The notes under the pieces were generated by a model. It saw only the letters and a program-made list of their open reading frames with translations, had not been told where the DNA came from and did no database searches. Shown here in pieces: positions 18,339 to 26,612 of a stretch of 64,000 bases of DNA. Source of the DNA: a virus (taxonomy: Duplodnaviria > Heunggongvirae > Uroviricota > Caudoviricetes). The DNA is taken from the IMG/VR virus record IMGVR_UViG_3300008108_000006; one strand, given 5' to 3'. How positions within the stretch are numbered: the stretch's first letter is position 1; the number at the start of each line of letters is the position of its first letter. The position numbers were made by a program, and so were the translations under genes.

Positions 18339-18485
18339 TTAATTACGAAATGAAGGACAATCTTGACCTTTTTTCGGATGTCTCTCACGTTGTCTTTCAA
18401 TCTTTTTTAGTTTCTTTTGTGAAACAGTATAAGAAGATGATTGACAAGAAACCATTAATACCACCAAAATAAAAAGATATCTCAT
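18339..18485 (-). CDS. Small lipoprotein
   Basis: MRYLFILVVLMVSC lipobox-like signal; start refined from ORF 18339..18536. Confidence 0.55.
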   Translation of the reverse strand: MRYLFILVVLMVSCQSSSYTVSQKKLKKIERQRERHPKKGQDCPSFRN

Positions 18486-18486
18486 A

Positions 18487-19272
18487 TTATTTAACTTTAA
18501 CTGCGGTTGCATTAACAGGATTGAAGTTATTACCATTCCAACTCCAAATTACACCAACAACTTTAAGATTTTCTTTTTTCCAAGAATTACTAATCGGAAT
18601 GACATATGAAAAATCTTGAGTTGAATTTGTTGTTATTGTTGTTATGGTTTCACCAAGGATTTTTGATCCACCATATCCACGAACCACATTATTATGTAAT
18701 GGATTTGATGATCCGGTCTGACCTTTAATAATACTATCCTCCAATACCAATATTGAAAACGTATGACTACCGAAACCATCTTTGAAGTATTGAACTTTAG
18801 ATTTTACCTCAATTTGAAAATTAACACTTGATCCATTAACAGGTTTTACAACAGCATCAACATAACATCCCGCAATCGGTGATAACGCATTATTCTGAGT
18901 TAAATAATTATTTGCCGTTGATTGGTTTGGATAAAAGTTTTTGAAATCTGTATTAACACCCATAAACAAATGAGGAATACCATTTTGATTGAATCTTTTC
19001 ATCAATCTATCACCAATGGTATCTCCCGCAGGTGAATTTAACCCATCACTAGTTTGAGATGACAAACAAATAATCTTATCGTCACCATACACTTCCATCG
19101 CACGTAACACAGGTTTTCCCGACGATCCACAAGGACCACACCAAGTCGCTCCTTTATACACTAATACCGTTCTTTGAACAGGTTGTACCGTAATCGTTTC
19201 CGTGATCTTTACATCTTTTGAACAACTAAATAATGTCACACCAAAGATGATTGAATAAATAATTTTTTTCAT
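18487..19272 (-). CDS. Omp28-like / thioredoxin-fold outer-membrane lipoprotein
   Basis: LFSC lipobox, ATWCGPCG, GIPHL, HNNVVR; architecture of Bacteroidota Omp28-type proteins. Confidence 0.7.
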   Translation of the reverse strand: MKKIIYSIIFGVTLFSCSKDVKITETITVQPVQRTVLVYKGATWCGPCGSSGKPVLRAMEVYGDDKIICLSSQTSDGLNSPAGDTIGDRLMKRFNQNGIPHLFMGVNTDFKNFYPNQSTANNYLTQNNALSPIAGCYVDAVVKPVNGSSVNFQIEVKSKVQYFKDGFGSHTFSILVLEDSIIKGQTGSSNPLHNNVVRGYGGSKILGETITTITTNSTQDFSYVIPISNSWKKENLKVVGVIWSWNGNNFNPVNATAVKVK

Positions 19273-19314
19273 AATATTGTTTTTATATAATTATAATGAT
19301 TTTACAAACTTTTT

Positions 19315-19716
19315 TTAACCTACCAACTTACAATCTTTAACAGACATCACAACTTTAATCTCAGTTGGTAAGTCACTAGACCAATCCAAAATACCGAAAT
19401 CAATTTCAAGTATCTTACCTTGAATTTCCCATTTTTCAACTTCATAACCTGTCGGGTCTAACATCGTCATCTCTAAACTCAATAACCTACTCAGATCCTC
19501 CAAAGAGTTGGATGGATTATAAAAATCATACAACACTTTAGTTGTGGATGGCACAATCGGATCCCACATCTCAAATAACATATTACCCCAACCACCATTG
19601 ACAATTATAGGTCTAGTTGCTTTATTCACCACAAAAGATGGTATATCAATATTCTTAAAATTAACAAGAAACCTATTCTGTTTCTTTGGTTCAAAAGGTT
19701 CAAATTGTGTATCCAT
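19315..19716 (-). CDS. T4 gp19-like tail tube protein (short, orphan copy)
   Basis: FEPKKQNRF...WDPIVPS...MLDPTGYEVEKWEIQG...DFGILDWSSD typical of jumbo myophage tube proteins. Confidence 0.7.
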   Translation of the reverse strand: MDTQFEPFEPKKQNRFLVNFKNIDIPSFVVNKATRPIIVNGGWGNMLFEMWDPIVPSTTKVLYDFYNPSNSLEDLSRLLSLEMTMLDPTGYEVEKWEIQGKILEIDFGILDWSSDLPTEIKVVMSVKDCKLVG

Positions 19717-19732
19717 TAGTTACTATTTTTTT

Positions 19733-19942
19733 TTAATACGTTCCATTTATTAAACTGATTCCATGTCTGACTCCACTTACGAAGTCGTTAATTTCTTCCT
19801 CAGATATGTCTGATATAATTGTTCCTATCGCAATCCCAACTTCATTTCCTATATCCGATATATCCCCTTTATCGTATGGTAAGTTGGATAACTCGGAAAT
19901 TATATGTTTTAAGGTTCTTTGAAAATCTATATTTTGTCTCAT
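19733..19942 (-). CDS. Hypothetical protein
   Basis: ORF track. Confidence 0.6.
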   Translation of the reverse strand: MRQNIDFQRTLKHIISELSNLPYDKGDISDIGNEVGIAIGTIISDISEEEINDFVSGVRHGISLINGTY

Positions 19943-19945
19943 AAT

Positions 19946-20683
19946 TTAATTAGATAAAGGTGCTTTAATGGTTGGGTGTGATTGATAACCTTCTACTTGA
20001 AAATCTCCTATCTCCATACTCTTAATCCATCCATCAATTGTTTGGTATTCGTGATTCCAAAACTCGTCATTGATAATTAGTTTAGGTAACGGGTAAGGTT
20101 CTCTACCAATCTGTTCCTTAGCTTGTTCAATGTGGTTACTGTAAAGGTGGACATCACCTAAGTTACCAATCAATTCATCAGGTACCATATTAACTTCTTT
20201 AGCAATGATTTCAAGTAGTAAACCATAAGAAGCAATGTTGAATGGTAAACCTAAGAATGTATCTACTGAACGTTGATTCCACATTAAAGAGATTGCTCTG
20301 GTTGGAATGTTTCTAGTAGCTAATTTAGCATCTTCAAAACCAGCTGGTTTACCTATACCTCCCATATATTCATTAACATATATTTGAATTCTCTCATCTC
20401 TACTCAACTCTCTTGTATAAACTTGAAATCCATAATGACAAGGTGGAAGAACCATATTCGGTAAATCGTGTACTGCCCATGCCGATACAATCAACCTACG
20501 TGAATTTGGATTATCTTTTAGTTGCTTAATCAATTCAGATATTTGGTCAATACCCTTATTACCAAACTCATCATTAAATTCTTTGTCGGTTTTTAATTTT
20601 TGTAAGAACTCTTCTTTTGTGAAAGGAGTCCCATCTTCGTGTGTATGTTTACTCTGCATAATTCCAGTTTTTAAATTTTTCAC
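19946..20683 (-). CDS. thyA: Thymidylate synthase, C-terminal (catalytic) fragment
   Basis: IDQI...NSRRLIVSAW...LPPCH...QRSVDTFLGLPFNIASY...GDVHLYSNH...KAPLSN. Confidence 0.92.
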   Translation of the reverse strand: MKNLKTGIMQSKHTHEDGTPFTKEEFLQKLKTDKEFNDEFGNKGIDQISELIKQLKDNPNSRRLIVSAWAVHDLPNMVLPPCHYGFQVYTRELSRDERIQIYVNEYMGGIGKPAGFEDAKLATRNIPTRAISLMWNQRSVDTFLGLPFNIASYGLLLEIIAKEVNMVPDELIGNLGDVHLYSNHIEQAKEQIGREPYPLPKLIINDEFWNHEYQTIDGWIKSMEIGDFQVEGYQSHPTIKAPLSN

Positions 20684-21362
20684 TCTTGCTTTTTATTCTA
20701 TCACTAACCATATCCCACTTAACACCTAATTGATTTGACGCATGGCTAATACTCTCATACCATACACCACCAATAATACAAGGTCTTTTGTGAACTGACA
20801 CATCACTTAGTTTTTTTCTAGTTTCATTACTTATTTCACGTCCTTTTAATTTATCTCTAACTTCCTGACGTTTCATACCGTTATTAGACTTTATTTTATC
20901 TTTAGTTTCTTCAGAGTGAAACCAACCACCATTTTCTTTTCTAGTGTTAACCATTTTATCAATAACTTCTTGTGGCCGTTTTCTACCTTTAAGTGTTTCA
21001 CTTGTTTTTCTTTTATGTTCTTCACTTAATTTAACACCTTTTTTCTTTTCACTTATTAATTTTATTACTTCTATTTTAATAGATTCATAAACTCTAGAAC
21101 TAGGGATATATCTACTTTGTCTCTTACTTTTCATATTACACATTGCCCATAACGCAAACTTTAACTTATTATTATTGGGATAGATTCGTACTAGTAATCT
21201 GTGACATACAAAATGCTCTCTAGCAGTTAAACTCACTAAGTTTTCTTTATCGTCCGAACCACCCATACATCTTGGTATTATATGGTGTTTTTCTGTATAA
21301 CATTCCAATATTCTATTATTCGCCCTCACCACTATTTGGTTGTATATTTTTTCGTAGTTCAT
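20649..21362 (-). CDS. HNH homing endonuclease with NUMOD3-like repeats
   Basis: EKHHIIPRCMGGSDDKENLVSLTAREHFVCH; SEEHKRKTS, HSEETKDKI, SNETRKKLS. Confidence 0.9.
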   Translation of the reverse strand: MNYEKIYNQIVVRANNRILECYTEKHHIIPRCMGGSDDKENLVSLTAREHFVCHRLLVRIYPNNNKLKFALWAMCNMKSKRQSRYIPSSRVYESIKIEVIKLISEKKKGVKLSEEHKRKTSETLKGRKRPQEVIDKMVNTRKENGGWFHSEETKDKIKSNNGMKRQEVRDKLKGREISNETRKKLSDVSVHKRPCIIGGVWYESISHASNQLGVKWDMVSDRIKSKSEKFKNWNYAE

Positions 21363-21529
21363 AGTATTTCTCCATTGTTTTTTTATTTATTACTTCTTTG
21401 TTACGATGGTAATACTCTTTAGCCCAAGCTCGTTGTGCTTCAATTTTTTCTTGTTCTGTTTTGTATTTTTTTAATCGTCCCATTTATAATAAATATATAA
21501 CTAAAAGAAAAAAACTAAAAGAATTGTAA
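20684..21529 (-). mobile_element. Free-standing homing-endonuclease cassette interrupting thyA
   Basis: TATTTAT motif + 55-aa ORF + HNH gene lie between the two thyA halves; no room for a group I intron core. Confidence 0.7.
21316..21483 (-). CDS. 55-aa basic helical protein preceding the HNH gene
   Basis: Hand translation MGRLKKYKTEQEKIEAQRAWAKEYYHRNKE...; TATTTAT at 21489-21495. Confidence 0.65.
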   Translation of the reverse strand: MGRLKKYKTEQEKIEAQRAWAKEYYHRNKEVINKKTMEKYYELRKNIQPNSGEGE

Positions 21530-22039
21530 TTATTTTTTAACTTTTTTCAAATAATCTTCGTAAAGTTTGTCATCTGATTTACCACCCCAATTACGCCAAC
21601 CAGCCCCATACACGGGCCCTAATTCACCCCACGTCTTTGCAAACTCATCATCTGTTTTAATTTTGTTGATGAAATCCTCCTTGTTTGTAATAGCATAACC
21701 CGCAATGGTTGTATCATCCATAAACTTTTCTAAAGTTTTTTTCTGATAATTTGCCCATGTATCACCATCCCAAATATGACAATCATTATCTACAAGGTAT
21801 TTGATATTAGTCGAGCCAGAAAGAAACCAAAGTAGTTCCGTTACTATTTGTTTCCAAGCCATCTTCTTTGTGGTGAGTAATGGAAACCCATCTGACATCT
21901 TATGACGAATCTGTCTTCCGAATACTGAGATGGTTCCTGTACCTGTTCGGTCTTTCTTTTCTACTCCATTGTCAAGAATGTCTTGGAGTAGGTTTTGGTA
22001 GTCTGTGTCTAGTTTATTCATATTATAATTTTTTATCAT
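21530..22039 (-). CDS. thyA: Thymidylate synthase, N-terminal fragment
   Basis: [12 protein letters not shown]...DRTGTGT.SVFG...FPLLTTKK...[11 protein letters not shown]...IWD...[12 protein letters not shown] then stop; start may be 22021. Confidence 0.92.
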   Translation of the reverse strand: MIKNYNMNKLDTDYQNLLQDILDNGVEKKDRTGTGTISVFGRQIRHKMSDGFPLLTTKKMAWKQIVTELLWFLSGSTNIKYLVDNDCHIWDGDTWANYQKKTLEKFMDDTTIAGYAITNKEDFINKIKTDDEFAKTWGELGPVYGAGWRNWGGKSDDKLYEDYLKKVKK

Positions 22040-22506
22040 CCTACTAATGTTTCTCCCTCTAATACATCTGTAGATTTATATACTTTAATTCCTCTAAACC
22101 TAACATCTGAAAAGTTACTAGTTGGGTCAAAAGTAACATACCTTTTAAATTCATACACTAATTTATAAAAGGTAGCAGGATGTACTAATATCATATTAGG
22201 TTCTCTTGATGTGGTACGTATATGAGTCGTTATTTTTCCCATTATTTGGTCCACTATTCCATGCTCATAAGCACCATCAGAACCAATTTGAAAATCATCA
22301 CTCACATAAGGTGGTTCATCTTCAAGTCCATCCATTAAAGTTTGGTCCCATTCCTCTTGTTCTTCCATTTCCATCAACATATCCTGTAGTCGTTTAATCT
22401 CAGCGAGGACATCATCACCGAACTCAATCTTATACATTATTGATAAATCAATTGCTTGTATCTTGTAAATGTTCAGCAGTTCTTTTAGTATTTGTTCTTT
22501 AGTCAT
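22036..22506 (-). CDS. Hypothetical protein
   Basis: ORF track; starts with repeated MTKEQI cassette. Confidence 0.6.
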   Translation of the reverse strand: MTKEQILKELLNIYKIQAIDLSIMYKIEFGDDVLAEIKRLQDMLMEMEEQEEWDQTLMDGLEDEPPYVSDDFQIGSDGAYEHGIVDQIMGKITTHIRTTSREPNMILVHPATFYKLVYEFKRYVTFDPTSNFSDVRFRGIKVYKSTDVLEGETLVG

Positions 22507-22521
22507 AACTTTCTATTTTTT
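22493..22521 (-). repeat. 29-bp gene-junction repeat (copy of 23317-23345)
   Basis: tgttctttagtcataactttctatttttt exact at both sites. Confidence 0.85.
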
Positions 22522-22854
22522 ATTGTCTCTGTAAAATTCCTTAATAAGATTACACATCTCAGTTTGTTCTGTGATGTTTACTCTAGTCGGATTTCTATTT
22601 ATTGATTCCAATCGCAATTGATAAACATCTTCCTCATTTGAATCACTCAATAAGAAGTAATCAGCCAAACCAAAGTATAACGATACATCATATTCAGTTA
22701 TATCAAAATGTATATCATCAACATCAAATGTAAAATACTCATTAACTTTTGGTTTATTATTCCAAAATACTTCATTAACCTTGAATATCCAAATCATTTT
22801 TTTCTTTTTTAATATAACCTCTATTTTCTTTATAGACATAAAGAATCTCATCAT
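22513..22854 (-). CDS. Hypothetical protein (start probably later)
   Basis: ORF track. Confidence 0.55.
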   Translation of the reverse strand: MMRFFMSIKKIEVILKKKKMIWIFKVNEVFWNNKPKVNEYFTFDVDDIHFDITEYDVSLYFGLADYFLLSDSNEEDVYQLRLESINRNPTRVNITEQTEMCNLIKEFYRDNKK

Positions 22855-22993
22855 CTTTTATTTCAGGAAACCCATGTTGATATGTTTCAACTATAATTGA
22901 TTTCCAATTACCCTCCATCGGTACATAACTAACTTCTGTCGGATTATCTAAATTGATTAGAAATGTTGGTTGTGTTACTTGTATTTTATTCAT
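22775..22993 (-). CDS. Hypothetical protein
   Basis: ORF track. Confidence 0.55.
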   Translation of the reverse strand: MNKIQVTQPTFLINLDNPTEVSYVPMEGNWKSIIVETYQHGFPEIKDDEILYVYKENRGYIKKEKNDLDIQG

Positions 22994-23330
22994 AACTTTC
23001 TATTGTTTCGTTGTTGTATGTTATTGTGATTAGTTTGGTTGGAATATTTTCCCAATCAATTTTAGTATCACTTCCTTTTAGTGCTTGATGTAAGTTATTC
23101 TTAAAGTATTGCATATCTCTAATTTCATTTCTCTCTTCCAAACTCAACTCTCTTTCCTCAATCTTCAATCCCCACCTTTCAGAGAACTCAGTATCGGTTT
23201 TACATTTGTTGATGAATTCTTCTTTTGTAAATGAACGCTTTACTTCTGCATCTTCATAAAATTCGTGACCATCCTTATATGATATACAATAATACTCATA
23301 CACCTCATCAATAATCTGTTCTTTAGTCAT
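22986..23330 (-). CDS. Hypothetical protein resembling the ThyA insertion segments
   Basis: FTKEEFINKCKTDTEFSERWG and RELSLEER...NIPTKLI match inserts in the thyA fragments. Confidence 0.65.
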   Translation of the reverse strand: MTKEQIIDEVYEYYCISYKDGHEFYEDAEVKRSFTKEEFINKCKTDTEFSERWGLKIEERELSLEERNEIRDMQYFKNNLHQALKGSDTKIDWENIPTKLITITYNNETIESYE

Positions 23331-23345
23331 AACTTTCTATTTTTT
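23317..23345 (-). repeat. 29-bp gene-junction repeat (copy of 22493-22521)
   Basis: Exact repeat. Confidence 0.85.
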
Positions 23346-23495
23346 CGTTCTTGTATTAATTATAATAGGTAATTTACCTTCAGGTGACATTTCTATCAAT
23401 TGTTGGTATTTCTCATCTCCAACTACACCATCAACAGTCCACTCTGTCTTTACCCCATTTTCATAAATGGGTATTGAATATGTTTCTTTAGTCAT
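23337..23495 (-). CDS. Hypothetical protein
   Basis: Start refined to MTKET, which shares the junction repeat. Confidence 0.55.
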   Translation of the reverse strand: MTKETYSIPIYENGVKTEWTVDGVVGDEKYQQLIEMSPEGKLPIIINTRTKK

Positions 23496-23499
23496 AACT

Positions 23500-23829
23500 T
23501 TAATTTGATTCATAGTATTGTTGGTCATCAATTAACTCTTCAATAAAAGGTTGGTCTTCCAATCTTTCAATAACAATGTTTAATGCTTCAGGGTGGTGGA
23601 TTCTTGAACCCGCTCCAAAAGATATCGTGGTAAGTCCTAACACTTCGTTGTTAACGTAATGTCTGAATTTACCTTTTTGGTTATTTACCTCGTGGTCCAT
23701 TGAAACATCATTCCAATCACTCAATACAACTTCGTGTCCTCCTTTGTTTTTGTAAACCAATCTGATCACATTGTTGTGACTGAAGTTCTTAATAAATTCT
23801 CCTAATTTCATATTTTTATTTTTGTTCAT
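23500..23829 (-). CDS. Hypothetical protein
   Basis: ORF track. Confidence 0.6.
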   Translation of the reverse strand: MNKNKNMKLGEFIKNFSHNNVIRLVYKNKGGHEVVLSDWNDVSMDHEVNNQKGKFRHYVNNEVLGLTTISFGAGSRIHHPEALNIVIERLEDQPFIEELIDDQQYYESN

Positions 23830-24136
23830 TAACTTCTACATCCCAACTAGCTAATACAAATTGAAGTTCTAAATTCCACAACTCATCCTCATCAACATGA
23901 GCCACTGCCTCAAACCCTCCTGTACATGAATGGTAAGTCTTTTTCTCTTTCATAGCACCATCATAAGCATCTTGAAGCAACTTCATAGCTGTTACCATTA
24001 AGTTTCCAATAGTTGGAACTCCATCATCTGTTATTGTATCTGCCCATTGCCATTTGAGAAGTGACATTGCTTTGTGAGTCTTCTCCCAATTAAAGTGATC
24101 AACAATCTCACTGATAAGTTGTTCTCTAGCCTTCAT
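23816..24136 (-). CDS. Hypothetical protein, paralog of 25489..25839
   Basis: Shared FxWxK...WxW...GVPxI...LLxDA...TGGFxA pattern. Confidence 0.7.
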   Translation of the reverse strand: MKAREQLISEIVDHFNWEKTHKAMSLLKWQWADTITDDGVPTIGNLMVTAMKLLQDAYDGAMKEKKTYHSCTGGFEAVAHVDEDELWNLELQFVLASWDVEVNEQK

Positions 24137-24318
24137 TTTACAAAATATTGAAATGTCCCTACTACAATAGCCGAGATAAATACTCCCATCCCAATACCTG
24201 ATAGTAGTAGTTTAATACGGAAAAATTTCTCACTGGATACATCCGTTGTCCAATGAACGATCCAAGCACTTGCCAAGAAACAAAAACCAATGATGTTTAA
24301 CAATGTGTGTAATGTCAT
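24133..24318 (-). CDS. Small two-TM membrane protein
   Basis: Two hydrophobic segments. Confidence 0.6.
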   Translation of the reverse strand: MTLHTLLNIIGFCFLASAWIVHWTTDVSSEKFFRIKLLLSGIGMGVFISAIVVGTFQYFVK

Positions 24319-24357
24319 AACTTTTTTTTTATAAGAACAAATATAAGAACAAATAAG

Positions 24358-24627
24358 TTAATAGTCCAACTTTTCGTTGTGTAATTTAACAAAATATTCC
24401 GCAACATCTTTAGATAGTTCACCACTCCTCGCAATAAAATACTCACTCTCAACACCACCATCATCAAACATAATCGGTTGTTCCCCCTGAATCGGACGAC
24501 ACCAACAATCATCACCACTGAAACACGTTCCAAGTTTCCACCTAATGGTAAACGCCAACTCCGATGCTTGTTTATACGTTAATTTAGTTACCATACTCTT
24601 CTCTACCTTCTTTAATTTTATTCTCAA
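24358..24627 (-). CDS. Hypothetical protein
   Basis: ORF track; CxxxxxCWC motif. Confidence 0.55.
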   Translation of the reverse strand: MRIKLKKVEKSMVTKLTYKQASELAFTIRWKLGTCFSGDDCWCRPIQGEQPIMFDDGGVESEYFIARSGELSKDVAEYFVKLHNEKLDY

Positions 24628-24796
24628 CGTAATTCCTAATCTCTTTCATCGATGTTAAAAAATTGTTTCTCAATCGGTGAAACTCTTCATCTTTAATTTC
24701 ATCAAATCTTGAGTAACTTTCAAAACAATAATCAATACCCTCATTATCCATTCGGTATTCAACCATAACAAAATTTTCAAATTCTTCTTCTGTCAT
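24584..24796 (-). CDS. Hypothetical protein
   Basis: ORF track. Confidence 0.6.
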   Translation of the reverse strand: MTEEEFENFVMVEYRMDNEGIDYCFESYSRFDEIKDEEFHRLRNNFLTSMKEIRNYVENKIKEGREEYGN

Positions 24797-24804
24797 AACT
24801 TTCT

Positions 24805-25080
24805 TTATTTAGATTTATAAGTGTAATCATAAGCACTATCCCAAACATTATCAAACTCTTCTTGTAATTCCTTTGGTAATTTATCATATAACTCTCGTTC
24901 CACCCAATCAAACATCCGATAACCAAACTTTAAGTGATTTAAGTTTGTTTCCATATAAGAACAATTACCGGAAAATTTACATTTCAAAGGTGAGCAACAA
25001 CCCTCTTCACCACAACCACTACACTCAGGACAATATGGTGAATAATCATCTTTTAATTCCAAATCTATAGGTTCCGTCAT
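24805..25080 (-). CDS. Cys-rich hypothetical protein
   Basis: CPECSGCGEEGCCSPLKC. Confidence 0.6.
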   Translation of the reverse strand: MTEPIDLELKDDYSPYCPECSGCGEEGCCSPLKCKFSGNCSYMETNLNHLKFGYRMFDWVERELYDKLPKELQEEFDNVWDSAYDYTYKSK

Positions 25081-25088
25081 TGTCTTGA

Positions 25089-25478
25089 TTAGTGATGATG
25101 TTTAATAAAACCATTTATATACCCCTTGATGTTGTACGCACCCGCAGGATTCATACTATGAACAATAAAGTCACACATCTTCAGATCATTATCAATCATA
25201 TAATCAACCAACCATTTGGCACAATCATACCCCGTCTTTTCCTTGAAGGTCTCATACTTCTCATTGTATGTTCCATTATACATTGAAGGATCGTAGTGTT
25301 CGTCAGCCAAATCGTGATCAAAGGATATTAAATCCGGTAACCCATTTGTTTTAATGTAATCCACAAACTCATCGTAATTACGGACCACAACCCAATCATT
25401 ATCAGCATAAACACGCTGCGGCATATAAACCATACAATCCAACGGATTTCTTACATCATCCAAAAATAACTTTTTCAT
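25089..25478 (-). CDS. Cyclic-phosphate-processing receiver-like (cREC) domain protein
   Basis: LFLDDVRNP...ISFDHDL...TGYDCAKWL...HSMNPAG. Confidence 0.75.
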   Translation of the reverse strand: MKKLFLDDVRNPLDCMVYMPQRVYADNDWVVVRNYDEFVDYIKTNGLPDLISFDHDLADEHYDPSMYNGTYNEKYETFKEKTGYDCAKWLVDYMIDNDLKMCDFIVHSMNPAGAYNIKGYINGFIKHHH

Positions 25479-25488
25479 ATCTTTTTTT

Positions 25489-25839
25489 TTATTTATGTTC
25501 TACTTCACAGTTCCATTGACTAGCAACAAACATCAAATTCATACCAAATACCCTATTTAAGTCCTTATCCCAAAACACCTCAGCATCGAATCCTCCTGTA
25601 CTCACCGTGTAATTACCTTTAATTCTAATTGATCCTGATGTTGCATCAACAAGTAACCCATATGCACATTCAACCATTTTATCAATACTCGGAACACCTC
25701 GAGTTGATGACCACCACCAATCCAATGCTTGCATCGTGATCTTAACTCGGTGAAAATCAAAATAACCTAAAGTCTCACTAATCTTTTGTTTGATATTATC
25801 ATCAAAAGATTCAAAGGTCTCAATAGTTTTACTGTTCAT
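25489..25839 (-). CDS. Hypothetical protein, paralog of 23816..24136
   Basis: Shared motif pattern. Confidence 0.7.
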   Translation of the reverse strand: MNSKTIETFESFDDNIKQKISETLGYFDFHRVKITMQALDWWWSSTRGVPSIDKMVECAYGLLVDATSGSIRIKGNYTVSTGGFDAEVFWDKDLNRVFGMNLMFVASQWNCEVEHK

Positions 25840-25843
25840 ACCA

Positions 25844-25874
25844 CAAAGATAAAGATAAAAAAGTAAAATCCAAA
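25844..25874 (-). promoter_or_regulatory. Bacteroidota-type promoter TTTG-N19-TATCTTTG
   Basis: Exact consensus, 4 nt before ATG at 25839. Confidence 0.75.
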
Positions 25875-25938
25875 AAAAAATGGGAAACTAATCCCACTTT
25901 TTTGAGCCAACCGAGATTGGGTCCACCATTTGGTTTAC

Positions 25939-26217
25939 TCAAACCAACAAAGAAGATTCTAACATGGTATAAACATCAATAACATATTTACCGTTACAAT
26001 ACGGAATTAACGATCCGTGATGTGGAAAATAATCTTGAACCACAGATTTTGATCCTTCAACAATATGAACTTCAAATGTGTCTTTGAAATTACCGTATAA
26101 TTTATCAGACCCTCCGACAACTATTAAAGACTTCTTACCAAACTCTTTTTTAAAAATCCTACCACCTTCAAAAACCGGATGATCGGTTGATTCTGCAATT
26201 ATTTGTCCTATAGTCAT
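25939..26217 (-). CDS. Hypothetical protein
   Basis: ORF track. Confidence 0.6.
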   Translation of the reverse strand: MTIGQIIAESTDHPVFEGGRIFKKEFGKKSLIVVGGSDKLYGNFKDTFEVHIVEGSKSVVQDYFPHHGSLIPYCNGKYVIDVYTMLESSLLV

Positions 26218-26303
26218 TGTTTGTTTTTTTTATTCTCCTCTAAAATATGAATTAAACCTATGATCGCCAAAACATAAATAACCAACTTTAATATCGTTCT
26301 CAT
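26214..26303 (-). CDS. 29-aa single-TM peptide
   Basis: Hand translation MRTILKLVIYVLAIIGLIHILEENKKNKQ; fills gap, ATGA-coupled to next gene. Confidence 0.45.
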   Translation of the reverse strand: MRTILKLVIYVLAIIGLIHILEENKKNKQ

Positions 26304-26306
26304 AAA

Positions 26307-26585
26307 TTATCTAGTTTCAAGAGCCTCAATCTTAGATTTTACAATATCTGTCATTTCAACAATTTCCTCCACTTTTGATGAAATAATACACTCCTTAAGT
26401 ATGTTGTAAGGAATATTCAAGAAGAAATCGTACCCATTGAAAAATCTAAGGTCCGAACATTCCACAAAACAACCATTAATCATTTTAAGAAACAGCTTGA
26501 ATTGTGTTCCATCAACAAATCTTTCGTCCAAAATAACACCCAACTCAAGGTGTTGGACTTTAACTCTACTAACCATCTTAATCAT
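26307..26585 (-). CDS. Hypothetical protein
   Basis: ORF track; TATCTTTG at 26590-26597. Confidence 0.65.
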   Translation of the reverse strand: MIKMVSRVKVQHLELGVILDERFVDGTQFKLFLKMINGCFVECSDLRFFNGYDFFLNIPYNILKECIISSKVEEIVEMTDIVKSKIEALETR

Positions 26586-26612
26586 ACAACAAAGATAAGT
26601 ATAGAAATTTAA

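Noticed and set aside
21316-21483. Frameshifted pseudogene upstream of HNH
   Set aside because: Recounting shows an intact 55-codon ORF (ATG GGA CGA TTA...)
20684-21529. Group I intron or intein in thyA
   Set aside because: The spacer is filled by two ORFs and AT-rich DNA with no space for a ribozyme core; both thyA parts have their own stop and start codons; no intein terminal motifs
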